A stretch of DNA of 64,000 nucleotides. Source: Chamaesiphon sp. (GTDB lineage: Bacteria > Cyanobacteriota > Cyanobacteriia > Cyanobacteriales > Chamaesiphonaceae). Of the stretch, positions 40,449 through 50,446 are shown one piece after another (position 1 is the stretch's first letter; every line of letters begins with the position of its first letter). Where the stretch lies: assembly GCA_965246715.1 (NCBI GenBank), contig CBDFFH010000014.1, positions 15,640 to 79,639 on the forward strand, written 5' to 3'. Position numbers and translations under genes: made by a program. The notes under the pieces were generated by a model. That model was not told the DNA's origin. It did no database searches and saw nothing but the letters and a program-made list of their open reading frames with translations.

Positions 40449-42224
40449 ATGTTGTTATTACTGTGGCTGATCCTGGGGGCTGGTTTGCGACTGGCTGACT
40501 TGGATGTCAAGCCACCGTGGACGGATGAATTTAATACGATCGTCTTGAGTTTGGGTAATAGTTTCAAGTCGGTGCCGCTCGATCGAGTTATTAGTTTTCA
40601 AGACCTCCTTGCGACATTAAAACCGAATCCTGCTGTCACGCTGGGGGATGTCGTCCGTCAAGTAGCACTCGAAGATCGGCAACCGCCGATTTATTTTGCC
40701 ATCGCGCATCTATGGATGCAGCTTTTTCCTCCCGATGGTGGATTTGTGAGTCTGTGGGCTGCTCGTGCTTTACCTGCTGTCATCGGCATCTTGACAATTC
40801 CGGGCATTTATCTGTGCAGCTATTTTGTCTTTCGATCGCAGCTTATCGCGCACCTGACTGCGGCGATGTTGGCAGTATCGCCATATGGGGTCTATATCGC
40901 CCAGGAAGCCCGTCATTATAGCTTGGCGATCCTCTGGATTGCAATTTCAATAAGTTGTTTGGCAAGCGCTTGTGGCTATCTCTCCAGACAGCAAAAAATA
41001 CCTTTCGTCCAGATTTGCCTCTGGATAGTGGTGAATAATTTGGCGCTGGCGACAAATCAGCTATCGGCTATCGCCCTCATCGCGGAAGCGATTGTCGCGA
41101 TCTCGTTCTATCTCTGGCAAATTCACCAAGCCAATACCAAAGCAGCCATAGATCGATCGATCTTAGCGCTCGCGCTAACCAACTTGCTACATCCCAGTTG
41201 GCGGCGATTGTATCTGGTCATTTTGGGGACTGTCGCTGGTGGAATTTGGGGGTGGTGGTTACTAGCGCGTACTTACGATCCGAGTCTGACAATGTGGATC
41301 GATAATACTCCGCATAAATCGATCGAAATCGTCAATCCGTTCTTCCAATTAATCGGCGCAGCGATTACGATGATGTCGCTATTACTTGTCGAAGTAGCAG
41401 AATTGCCGCCGCTGTCGATGCTGTCAGAGATGCCTATCGATCTGAATCTCCCGATTATTATCGTCTCAGCGATTTTGATGCTGATTTTCTTTGGATGGGC
41501 GATCCCGCTGCTAGCTCGTGGCATTGGCATTCAGTTACGCCAATCCTCAACCAAGACTGGGACATTAGCAATCGGCGGATTTGTGGCGATCTCGATCGGG
41601 TTATATTTAGTTATCCCCTGGCTGACTGGAGTAGATATTACTCAGGGAGCGCGCTATCATTTTGTCTACTTCCCCGCGATGATGATGCTGATTGGCTTGG
41701 GATTGGCAAGTTGTTGGCAAAGCTTACCGTCAATTGCCAAATGGGTATCGGGCAAGCAAGCTGTCGCGATCGTGCTATTAATGGGATTGGTTAGTAGTGC
41801 GATCGTGGCTAGTAACTACGGCTACCACAAATATTATCGTCCCGAACAACTGGTACCGCTGATGCAACAGTCGGCACCGATACCCATGTTGATTGCGACT
41901 ACGCATAATAGTTTGATTCAAGTTGGCGAGATGATGGGGGTGGCATGGGAGCTACGGCGTACCGATAAATTCAAACAAGCCCCCAAAACTCAGTTTCTCC
42001 TCGCTCATCAATTGCAACGATTCTGCGAACGCGACTGTCCACCTACCAAGATTTTACGCGAGACGATCGATCGGATTTCACACCCGATCGATCTGTGGGC
42101 GATTAATTTTTATGCGCCAATGAGTTTACCCCCGACTTGTGAGGTCGATAAAAAGTTTACGGATGGGATCTATGGTTATGAATATCGGCTCTATCACTGT
42201 CAGCCGATTAAAGATATCGATTGA
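40449..42224 (+). CDS. GT-C glycosyltransferase family 39-like membrane protein
   Basis: PPWTDE, QPPIYF, AQEARHYSL, many TM helices. Confidence 0.82.
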   Translation: MLLLLWLILGAGLRLADLDVKPPWTDEFNTIVLSLGNSFKSVPLDRVISFQDLLATLKPNPAVTLGDVVRQVALEDRQPPIYFAIAHLWMQLFPPDGGFVSLWAARALPAVIGILTIPGIYLCSYFVFRSQLIAHLTAAMLAVSPYGVYIAQEARHYSLAILWIAISISCLASACGYLSRQQKIPFVQICLWIVVNNLALATNQLSAIALIAEAIVAISFYLWQIHQANTKAAIDRSILALALTNLLHPSWRRLYLVILGTVAGGIWGWWLLARTYDPSLTMWIDNTPHKSIEIVNPFFQLIGAAITMMSLLLVEVAELPPLSMLSEMPIDLNLPIIIVSAILMLIFFGWAIPLLARGIGIQLRQSSTKTGTLAIGGFVAISIGLYLVIPWLTGVDITQGARYHFVYFPAMMMLIGLGLASCWQSLPSIAKWVSGKQAVAIVLLMGLVSSAIVASNYGYHKYYRPEQLVPLMQQSAPIPMLIATTHNSLIQVGEMMGVAWELRRTDKFKQAPKTQFLLAHQLQRFCERDCPPTKILRETIDRISHPIDLWAINFYAPMSLPPTCEVDKKFTDGIYGYEYRLYHCQPIKDID

Positions 42225-42410
42225 GATTCGGACATAGTGGGACACCAATAGCCAATCTACTTTCCTCCGGTAGAAACGATCGCGCTAGCGATGAAAGCAA
42301 GAAGCGAAGGACTAGGAATCAGGGCGACGGGAAGAGTGTTAGGAGTGGCAGCAAATAGTGTAATTAATTGGGAAAACCATTTAGCAGCAGCCTTATCAAA
42401 TTGGTCACAA
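42225..42410 (+). pseudogene. IS1-family transposase fragment
   Basis: GTPIANL.. / ALAMKARSEGLGIRATGRVLGVAANSVINW HTH segment, frameshifted and truncated. Confidence 0.65.
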
Positions 42411-42528
42411 ATGGGATCGATCGACATATTAACAGTAAGGTATTAACCACTGCCGCGATCGCTCGTTCGCATAGCGTGCCGGAGGCGATCGAAGTATACT
42501 CAATCCATGACCCTATCTCGATCGAATC

Positions 42529-43458
42529 ATGTCCAATTCTTATTCCCTCACGATTCATGGTGGTGCTGGTGCCCTAGAAGATCTCAAGCATGAAGCCAGT
42601 GCAGCAGAGTTCGAGCAGAGTGTCATCACCATCTTGGAACGCGGACGCGAACGGCTAGCCGCAGGCGATAGTGCCTTGGCTGTGGTGGAATATTGTGTCA
42701 CCCTGTTGGAAGACGATCGACTCTACAATGCTGGATGCGGATCGGTGTTAAATGCCGATGGTAAAGTGGAAATGGATGCAGCCCTGATGGATGGGCGCGA
42801 TCTTCGAGCGGGGGCTGTCGCCGGGATTAGGAATATTAAAAATCCGATCGCCTTAGCTCGGCGCGTACTGGAGCGGGGCGAGCATGTGTTGCTCATGGGT
42901 GAGGGCGCGTTAGAGTTTGCACGCTTTTGTGAGGTCGAAACTTACCCGGATGCTTACTTTATTACACCAGCGAGAATTCAGCAGTTAACGGAAGCTCAGG
43001 CGGCTGGACGGATGACTTTAGACCACGAGAAGATAAAGCCAAATCAGAAGCTAGGTACTGTAGGCGCTGTAGCGCGAGATCTTCATGGCAATCTAGCTGC
43101 AGCGACATCTACAGGCGGATTGGTAAATAAACGGTGGGGTCGGGTGGGCGATACCCCAGTCATCGGCGCAGGGGTGTTTGCGGATAATGAGACTTGTGCG
43201 GTATCGGCAACGGGTTATGGCGAGCAGTTTTTACGCACGGTGCTGGCGAAAACAATTTCCGATTTCGTGCAGTTTCAGGGCATGGATGCTGAAGCTGCGG
43301 CGCAGGCGGGAATCGAGTATTTGGTCGCCAAGGTGAATGGCATCGGTGGGGTCATCGTCATCGATAGCGCGGGGCGCTGTGCGGCGGCACAGTCCACTTC
43401 TGGGTTGATTCGTGGTTGGATCGAGTTGGGGGGCGAGGCGCGCTGTACGTTAGGATAA
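42529..43458 (+). CDS. iaaA: isoaspartyl peptidase / plant-type L-asparaginase
   Basis: IHGGAG, GTVGAV (Thr nucleophile), ATSTGG, GRVGDTP. Confidence 0.92.
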   Translation: MSNSYSLTIHGGAGALEDLKHEASAAEFEQSVITILERGRERLAAGDSALAVVEYCVTLLEDDRLYNAGCGSVLNADGKVEMDAALMDGRDLRAGAVAGIRNIKNPIALARRVLERGEHVLLMGEGALEFARFCEVETYPDAYFITPARIQQLTEAQAAGRMTLDHEKIKPNQKLGTVGAVARDLHGNLAAATSTGGLVNKRWGRVGDTPVIGAGVFADNETCAVSATGYGEQFLRTVLAKTISDFVQFQGMDAEAAAQAGIEYLVAKVNGIGGVIVIDSAGRCAAAQSTSGLIRGWIELGGEARCTLG

Positions 43459-43923
43459 CGCAAGTTGCTACCTAGAAACGCCTACGATTGAAATCGTGGC
43501 TACAGTTACAAAGTCCGCCTTCGCGGACTAATATAACCTCAGTTCGGGATAAGGAAAACTGATTTGCTCCGCTCTAGCACCGCCCTGAACTGGAAGTGTC
43601 TCGTTCCGAGAGGCTACGCCAACGGGCTAATAGCTCAAGTTCTCTGAAGAGAACTACCAAATTTCTTAGTTCGTTTTAACGAACTTTTGCTATGAGCAAC
43701 TAATTTATTTGAGGGCGGTGCAGAAACGAAGCTAGCAATCATCGATTCTCCAAGGAGAGGCTATCGCCAACGGTAACCCTTATCCCGAACTCACGTTAAT
43801 AAATTAGTCCGCGAAGGCGGACTTTGCGTGACGAGCAGCGATGCGCGCTCGTCTGGTCTCCCAACGTAAAAAGCGATCGAGAGAGCGGTTTCTAACCGCT
43901 GAGATTGTAGGTATCAACTTGGG
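43459..43923. mobile_element. MITE with 9-bp TSD containing nested repeats
   Basis: TIRs cgcaagttgctaccta / taggtatcaacttggg; TTAGGATAA at 43450-58 and 43924-32. Confidence 0.8.
43536..43796. mobile_element. IS982-type MITE nested in a palindrome
   Basis: acctcagttcgggataag / cttatcccgaactcacgt; flanks taatata/taataaa. Confidence 0.8.
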
Positions 43924-44004
43924 TTAGGATAAGCGAAACCATGCGGATAAATTACGCAGCTTGCGCGCCGCTTGTTGGCTCGCAATTTTACCCCGATAAC
44001 TTGC

Positions 44005-44769
44005 ATGTCCCCAGCGCCAGAACTAGCAGTTGAATTCGATCGAGTTAACTTCGAGATCGATCGTCGTCCGTTATTATCGAACTTAAATCTCCAGATCTAT
44101 GCGGGCGAAACCCTAGTTCTATTGGGACGTAGTGGTAGCGGCAAGACAACGACATTGAAACTCATCAATCGCTTGTTAACTCCTACCAGTGGCAGCGTAT
44201 TGGTAAACCAGCGCCCAACAACTGACTGGGATGCCATCAAACTCCGGCGGCGGATCGGTTATGCAATTCAGGATACAGGGCTATTTCCACATCTAAGCGT
44301 GTATCAAAATGTGGCAATCGTCCCATCGCTCGAAAAGTGGACACAACCGCGCATTCAGGAGCGTGTCGATGAAATGTTAGTTTTGGTGGGGTTAGCACCG
44401 GAAGTCTTCGCGCGCCGCTATCCCCATCAACTTTCTGGCGGTCAACGTCAGCGGGTGGGGGTCGCTAGAGCCTTAGCCGCCGACCCTGCGATCTTACTCA
44501 TGGATGAACCTTTTGGCGCGCTCGATCCGATTACTCGATTGGAATTGCAACAACAGTTTCAGTATTTGCAGCGACAACTCGAAAAAACTGTTGTTTTTGT
44601 CACTCATGATATTCAAGAAGCTTTTGTGTTTGGGACGCGGATTGGGTTGATGGCGGGGGGTAATTTAGTAGTATTAGGCACGAAAGCTGAATTTCTCCAA
44701 TCTCAACATCCCGAAGCTCAAGCTTTTATGGCTTGTTTGACTGCTGGTGAAAATTGGAAAAGTGCGTAA
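44005..44769 (+). CDS. osmoprotectant ABC transporter ATP-binding protein
   Basis: GRSGSGKT, LRRRIGYAIQ, LSGGQRQRV, MDEPFGALDP. Confidence 0.9.
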   Translation: MSPAPELAVEFDRVNFEIDRRPLLSNLNLQIYAGETLVLLGRSGSGKTTTLKLINRLLTPTSGSVLVNQRPTTDWDAIKLRRRIGYAIQDTGLFPHLSVYQNVAIVPSLEKWTQPRIQERVDEMLVLVGLAPEVFARRYPHQLSGGQRQRVGVARALAADPAILLMDEPFGALDPITRLELQQQFQYLQRQLEKTVVFVTHDIQEAFVFGTRIGLMAGGNLVVLGTKAEFLQSQHPEAQAFMACLTAGENWKSA

Positions 44770-44784
44770 TTAAAGGAGAGCGTC

Positions 44785-46344
44785 TTGTTTTTTAGCGAAT
44801 ATGCCTCAGAAATTGTCCTCCGCACGGGCGAGCATATCATCTTAGTGACGATCGCAATGTCAGTAGCGGTCGCGATCGGGATTCCGATTGGGATTTTTAT
44901 TACGCGCCAACCCAAACTTGCCACACCCATTCTCACTGTCGCGAATGCGATTCAAACTATTCCCAGTTTGGCAATTTTTGGTTTTCTAATTTCCGTACCA
45001 TTACTCGGTGGAATTGGTAAAACTCCAGCAATTGTCGCGCTAACTCTATATGCGTTATTACCCTTAATTCGGAACACTTATATTGGGATTAATAGCGTCG
45101 ATCCGGCTATTAGGGAAGCGGCGATCGGGATGGGAATGACCGATCGACAACTATTATTTCAGGTCGAAATTCCGCTGGCAATCGGGGTGATTTTAGCTGG
45201 GGTAAGAGTTGCGACAGTGATTTGTGTCGGGATTGCCACGATCGCGGCGGCGATTGGTGGTGGAGGATTGGGGGTATTTATCTTTCGGGGGATTGCGACG
45301 GTTAACGATCGCCTAATTTTAGCAGGAGCGATTCCGGCGGCGGCGATTTCTTTAGGTGCAGATTTTGCTTTGGGTTGGGTGGAACGACAACTGACACAAC
45401 AACAAGAAAGACCAACAAAAAATAATAATCGTCAAATTGCGATCGCGATTGGTGGCATTATCTTAGCGATCCTCAGTTCATTAATTTTCATCTACGGTCG
45501 ATCGGTACCGACGATCGTTATCGGCTCAAAGAATTTTACCGAGCAAGTTATTTTAGGTGAATTACTCGCGCAGCAAATCGAGAATAATACGCCGTTAAAA
45601 GTCGATCGCAAGTTTAGTCTCGGTGGGACGTTTATCTGTCATGAAGCAGTTAAAGCTGGAAAAATCGATGGCTATGTCGAATATACGGGTACGTCACTCA
45701 CTGCGATCCTCAAGGAAAAACCGCTCGCGAGTCCACAAGTAGTCTTCGATCGAGTCAAACAAGAGTATCTCCAAAAGTTTCAATTATCAGTCCTCCCATC
45801 CTTGGGATTTAATAACACCTTTGCAATGATTATCCGAGGTGACGATGCCAACCGTTGGCAGATTAAAACGCTGTCAGAGGCTGCTAAATATACACCCCAA
45901 ATGCAAGCCGGATTTGGTTATGAATTTCTCGAACGTGCCGATGGTTATCCAGGCTTAGCGAAAACTTATGGTTTGAAATTTGCCAATCCGCCGCAACAAA
46001 TGGAGCTGGGATTGATGTATCAAGCCTTGAAGGAAAAGAAGGTAGATTTGATCGCCGCAAATTCTACCGATGGATTGATTCCGGCTTTAAAATTAACGAT
46101 ATTAGCAGATGACAAGCAATATTTTCCGCCTTATGAAGCCGTACCTGTCTTCAATCGATCGACCTTAACTAAGTATCCAGACTTGCAAGGTGCGATCGAT
46201 AAATTAACTGGGATGATTTCTACTCAAGCAATGCAACAGATGAATTATCGTGTCGATAATCAGTCTATTCCAGTCGAGCAAGTGGTGCGGGAATTTCTGG
46301 AGTCTAAACCGCAATTACGATCGGCTGTAAAGCAGCCAGCATAA
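44785..46344 (+). CDS. osmoprotectant ABC permease / substrate-binding fusion (OpuBC-like)
   Basis: QTIPSLA, EAAIGMGM, GSKNFTEQ, EYTGT, FPPY. Confidence 0.9.
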   Translation: MFFSEYASEIVLRTGEHIILVTIAMSVAVAIGIPIGIFITRQPKLATPILTVANAIQTIPSLAIFGFLISVPLLGGIGKTPAIVALTLYALLPLIRNTYIGINSVDPAIREAAIGMGMTDRQLLFQVEIPLAIGVILAGVRVATVICVGIATIAAAIGGGGLGVFIFRGIATVNDRLILAGAIPAAAISLGADFALGWVERQLTQQQERPTKNNNRQIAIAIGGIILAILSSLIFIYGRSVPTIVIGSKNFTEQVILGELLAQQIENNTPLKVDRKFSLGGTFICHEAVKAGKIDGYVEYTGTSLTAILKEKPLASPQVVFDRVKQEYLQKFQLSVLPSLGFNNTFAMIIRGDDANRWQIKTLSEAAKYTPQMQAGFGYEFLERADGYPGLAKTYGLKFANPPQQMELGLMYQALKEKKVDLIAANSTDGLIPALKLTILADDKQYFPPYEAVPVFNRSTLTKYPDLQGAIDKLTGMISTQAMQQMNYRVDNQSIPVEQVVREFLESKPQLRSAVKQPA

Positions 46345-46345
46345 T

Positions 46346-47041
46346 TTAATGGGCGTTGGTGGATTGAAGTATGACACCTTGGGTAGGGGCAATGTCTTGC
46401 CTCCCTTTTCGCGTCGGGGAACCCGACGGGCGGGAGCCGCTTCCTGAATTGCCCCTACCCATCGAGAGATCTGTCAAAGGATTATATGAAATATTAATAG
46501 ATTGCAATTTCAATAGATTACCAAAGTTCTCGGGCAGTAAAGTAAGTCGATTTCCATACAGACACAACTTAACTAAATTGGCAAGATTGCCCATGCAATT
46601 CGGCAGACTAACAATATTGTTTTTAGACAAATCTAATTTGGTCAAATTAGTAAGATTACCAATACTCTCTGGTAGGTCAATGAGCTTATTGTTGGAAAGG
46701 TATAAACCATTCAAGTTATTAAGATTACCAATACTCTCTGGTAAACTCACGAGATGATTATCAACAATATTTAATTCATTCAATTTGATTAGATTACCAA
46801 TACTCTCTGGTAAACTATGGATTTTATTGCAACGTAAATTTAATTTAATTAGACTACTGAGATTGCCAACACTTTCTGGTAAGTGGGTTAATTTATTAGA
46901 AGATAGCCATAGCTCTGTCAGATGAGAGAGATTACCGATACTGTCTGGTAAGTATCTAACTTGACTATTTTGTAGACGCAAACTTACAGATCGATTTATC
47001 TTTGCATTTTCAATTATTTCTTCTAGACTGTATAGTTTCAC
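46346..47041 (-). CDS. leucine-rich repeat protein, C-terminus replaced by repeat-derived sequence
   Basis: About seven 23-aa LPESIGNLxxLxxLxL units; tail reads through repeat 46352-46460. Confidence 0.8.
   Translation of the reverse strand: MKLYSLEEIIENAKINRSVSLRLQNSQVRYLPDSIGNLSHLTELWLSSNKLTHLPESVGNLSSLIKLNLRCNKIHSLPESIGNLIKLNELNIVDNHLVSLPESIGNLNNLNGLYLSNNKLIDLPESIGNLTNLTKLDLSKNNIVSLPNCMGNLANLVKLCLYGNRLTLLPENFGNLLKLQSINISYNPLTDLSMGRGNSGSGSRPSGSPTRKGRQDIAPTQGVILQSTNAH
46352..46460. repeat. partial MITE with interrupted GTAGGGGCAATT palindrome
   Basis: Homologous to 50338-50430, with a central insert like 18461-18493. Confidence 0.65.
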
Positions 47042-47133
47042 GATCGCTCCTCCCCTATCTCATCATCTTAAAATACCCAAAAACAAAGGGCACCTAAAAC
47101 AGGCACCCCATAAAATATTCGATCGAACCCTGC

Positions 47134-48138
47134 TTAACTATTAGTTTGTTCGTTCAGTACCTGCTTGAGACCATCGCGTTGGACGAGGGCGAAGATTTCA
47201 TCGAGGATCGCTTGTGCGCCTTGCGCCTTGAGCCGATGGGCGAGATCCTTACCGATTTGTTCGGCATCGGTGGCTAAACCTGTAATCGTGTCAGTGACTA
47301 AAGTTTGACCGTCGAGCGTGGAAACCATGCCGACTAAAGTGAGATTATCGCCATCGATGGTAGTATTAACCCCGATCGGGACTTGACAACCACCTTCCAA
47401 TTCGCGCAGGAAGGAACGCTCGGCATAGCAACGATAAGCCGTCGGTTGATGTTGTAAGGCTTGGAGAAACGCGAGAATTTCTGGATCTTCCGTCCGACAT
47501 TCGATGCCCAATGCCCCTTGTCCGACCGCATGAAGCGATAATTCAGCGGGAATGAGTTGGTCGATGCGATCGCCAAAATCCAGCCGTTGTAAGCCCGCTG
47601 CGGCGAGGATCAGCGCATCGTACTCGCCAGCATCTAATTTTGCCAAGCGGGTATTGACGTTACCGCGCACGTCTTTGAAATTAAAGTGGGGGAAATGATG
47701 GCGAAGTTGTGCCAAGCGGCGCAGGGAAGACGTACCGACGACTGCACCTTGGGGGAGGGTGTCGAGCTGACAACCTTGATGTTTAGCGTTGACGACGAGC
47801 GCATCGGCGGGATTTTCCCGCTCGGTAATACAACCGAGCATCAAACCTTCAGGTAGATTGGTAGGTAGGTCTTTGAGCGAGTGAACTGCCAAGTCTGCCG
47901 ATCGATCGAGCATTTTGACTTCGAGTTCTTTGGTAAATAACCCCTTATCCCCAATTTTTGCCAGGGGTACATCGAGGATTTTATCCCCTTGGGTACTCAT
48001 CATCTCGACTTCAAAGGTGCGATCGGGGAAATGTTTCTGGAGTTCGGCTTGTACCCAATAGGTTTGAACCAGAGCTAGTTGGCTTTTCCGCGAAGCGATG
48101 CGGATCGTCCGGGTGGGGTTAGTAATATTAGCAGACAT
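47134..48138 (-). CDS. hemC: hydroxymethylbilane synthase
   Basis: [34 protein letters not shown]. Confidence 0.97.
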   Translation of the reverse strand: MSANITNPTRTIRIASRKSQLALVQTYWVQAELQKHFPDRTFEVEMMSTQGDKILDVPLAKIGDKGLFTKELEVKMLDRSADLAVHSLKDLPTNLPEGLMLGCITERENPADALVVNAKHQGCQLDTLPQGAVVGTSSLRRLAQLRHHFPHFNFKDVRGNVNTRLAKLDAGEYDALILAAAGLQRLDFGDRIDQLIPAELSLHAVGQGALGIECRTEDPEILAFLQALQHQPTAYRCYAERSFLRELEGGCQVPIGVNTTIDGDNLTLVGMVSTLDGQTLVTDTITGLATDAEQIGKDLAHRLKAQGAQAILDEIFALVQRDGLKQVLNEQTNS

Positions 48139-48144
48139 AAAAAT

Positions 48145-48384
48145 AAATTATGAATTATGAATTATGCGATATGAAATATGAGTGGAAGTGATACATTTGG
48201 AGTCGATTGCGATCGCCGACGGCAAGCCGTGCGCCAAGTTGTCAGGAATATATTCTAGTACAGTATGCACCTCCTCCAGCCATCCCAACGCTGGCATTTA
48301 GGGTCGATCGCAGTTGTAAGCTGTTGGTTTTACTGGGGTTGAGTTACTCGGCAGGCATAATTCACAATTCACAATTCATAATTT
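48145..48384. repeat. heptamer AATTATG / CATAATT repeats before divergent genes
   Basis: aattatgaattatgaattatg and cataattcacaattcacaattcataatt; similar at 23318-23350 and 35124-35140. Confidence 0.55.
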
Positions 48385-49674
48385 ATGAGCGATCGACATA
48401 CAGCACAGCTGCATCTGATGCAGCGAGCGATTGCTGGATTATTCTTATATCAAGATATTTTAAATTGTGAGATCGGTGCAGCTTTAGTAGATTTGTTACA
48501 GGCAATCGTTTCTGGAGCACAATCTCAAGGTAACGCGCTGATTTGTCTGACCGCTTACGGTCGTTTTTTCAAGGCTTTAGCTACTGAGAATTGTAGTTGG
48601 GAAGAATATCTCATCGATCGACTATTAACTGCCGCAAATCCGTTTAGTCTTCAAGCTCAAAAAATATCACTCGATCGATTGTCTCCGGCCTTAGTTAATG
48701 CTGCCAAGCAAGATCTCCAAGCTTTGCAGATTCTATTTACTGGCGGACGATATTTGCCCGAGTTGGTGCAACAGATCGGTGGCTTACAGGGTAAACAGAT
48801 CGACTGGATCGAAAGTCACAACGTCGAGTCGCCAGCGGCAATTGTCGATGCACTCAAAACCAGAGATTGGGGCGAGTTAGTTGGGATCCTGGCTGAATAT
48901 TACCAGCAATCTGGAGTCGGTATTTTTGGTAAATATCGAGCATTTAGATGGCAAAGCGAACTCATTGGCATCGCTCATCCCGATCGCGTTCAGATCGACG
49001 AGTTAGTTGGCTACGACCTCCAAAAAGCAACACTACTAAATAACACGAAGTCTTTACTTGCAGGTCGGCCAGCCCTAAATATTTTACTATATGGTGGCAA
49101 GGGAACTGGCAAATCTTCGCTGGTAAAGGGACTACTCAATCATTTCTCCGGCACGCAATTACGGCTGATTGAAGTAAGTAAATCAAACACGATCGATCTG
49201 CCGCTCATTCTCGATCGGTTGACCGATTTACCCCAAAAATTTATCATTTTCATTGACGATCTTTCATTTGAAGCCGATGACGATATTTTCAAAGCCTTAA
49301 AGGCGGTGTTAGAAGGTAACGTGACGACAAGACCGAATAACGTGGTCGTTTATGCCACTTCCAACCGCCGTCATTTGGTCCGAGAATATTTTGCAGATCG
49401 GCCGCTTCCGCAAGATGCCGATGATATCCACATGTGGGATACCACTCAGGAAAAATTATCTTTTAGCGATCGATTTGGCATTACCCTCACGTTTGAACCT
49501 GCCGACCAAGTAAAATATCTAGAAATAGTCCAGCATCTAGCCGATTCCGCAGAATTGCCGATCGAGCGTGACGATCTCCAAGCTCGTGCCTTACAATGGG
49601 CGACAAGACACAATGGTCGTTCTGGGCGCACAGCCAGACAATTCATCGATTATCTGATTGGAGAAGAGAAATAG
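48385..49674 (+). CDS. DUF815-family AAA+ ATP-binding protein
   Basis: GGKGTGKSS, FIDDLSF, YATSNRRHL, SDRFG, GRSGRTARQF. Confidence 0.9.
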   Translation: MSDRHTAQLHLMQRAIAGLFLYQDILNCEIGAALVDLLQAIVSGAQSQGNALICLTAYGRFFKALATENCSWEEYLIDRLLTAANPFSLQAQKISLDRLSPALVNAAKQDLQALQILFTGGRYLPELVQQIGGLQGKQIDWIESHNVESPAAIVDALKTRDWGELVGILAEYYQQSGVGIFGKYRAFRWQSELIGIAHPDRVQIDELVGYDLQKATLLNNTKSLLAGRPALNILLYGGKGTGKSSLVKGLLNHFSGTQLRLIEVSKSNTIDLPLILDRLTDLPQKFIIFIDDLSFEADDDIFKALKAVLEGNVTTRPNNVVVYATSNRRHLVREYFADRPLPQDADDIHMWDTTQEKLSFSDRFGITLTFEPADQVKYLEIVQHLADSAELPIERDDLQARALQWATRHNGRSGRTARQFIDYLIGEEK

Positions 49675-49708
49675 AATAGTCGATCGAGTATTCCTCGGCT
49701 CGATCTTT

Positions 49709-49751
49709 GTAAGTATTTCTACATGTGCGGAACTTTGGGATGAGATAGTGT
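49709..49751 (+). promoter_or_regulatory. putative NtcA-type promoter
   Basis: tGTA-AGTATTTC-TACa followed 23 nt later by TAGTGT (TAN3T). Confidence 0.4.
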
Positions 49752-49784
49752 TTCTTAAATTAGTAATCGATAAGTGAGTGAACT

Positions 49785-50336
49785 ATGAAATTCCAGCGTG
49801 TGGTATCCGGTCGATCGAACCGATTCTTGATGTTATGTTTGGCAACTGTCGCGATGGTGGGCGAAAGTACGCTCTCGACCCCTCCCAGTCAGGCGATTAC
49901 TGCTGCCACAAGTTTTGTCTGTAGCAAATATGAAGGTATACCTGCAACTGTCGCAAGAACCAAAAAAGGTGATGTGCCGATCGTAATTTGGAGTTCTGAG
50001 GGATTTAGCAAATCGGGATTTACCCCCCAAGTTCGCTGCCAGCAAGTATCAGCTAGATTCCAGTCCATGTATCGCAACGGCCAGTTAAAATACATTACTG
50101 CTGGGACACTCAATAATTTGCCGGTGATCTGTGCGACCAAGGAACAAAGCAGCACCTGTACTCAGCAAAATCTGCTATATACGCTCAAGCAAGATGCCGA
50201 TCCGCAGTTAGTTATCAAAAAGCTAATGATGGTGCGCAATCGCGCAACCTCGAGAGGATTGGAGGAGAGTGCGGCAGTACCAACTGCGACTTCAGCTAAA
50301 TCGATCGAGTTAAATTGGTTGGAAGAAGAGAATTAA
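49785..50336 (+). CDS. COP23 domain protein
   Basis: FVC..PATV, W..F..SGFTP..RCQQVSARFQ, PVIC, LLYTLK. Confidence 0.88.
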   Translation: MKFQRVVSGRSNRFLMLCLATVAMVGESTLSTPPSQAITAATSFVCSKYEGIPATVARTKKGDVPIVIWSSEGFSKSGFTPQVRCQQVSARFQSMYRNGQLKYITAGTLNNLPVICATKEQSSTCTQQNLLYTLKQDADPQLVIKKLMMVRNRATSRGLEESAAVPTATSAKSIELNWLEEEN

Positions 50337-50337
50337 G

Positions 50338-50430
50338 GGCGTTGCTGAATTGATGTATAAAACCCTTGGTAGGGGCAATTCATGAATTGCCCCTACCAAG
50401 GGTTCTCGTATTCGCATAATCAGCAACACC
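50338..50430. mobile_element. MITE (GGCGTTGCTGA ends, possibly IS1-derived) with 44-bp perfect palindrome
   Basis: ggcgttgctga / tcagcaacacc; palindrome 50361-50404; no TSD seen. Confidence 0.65.
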
Positions 50431-50446
50431 AGATATCAAATGGGTT

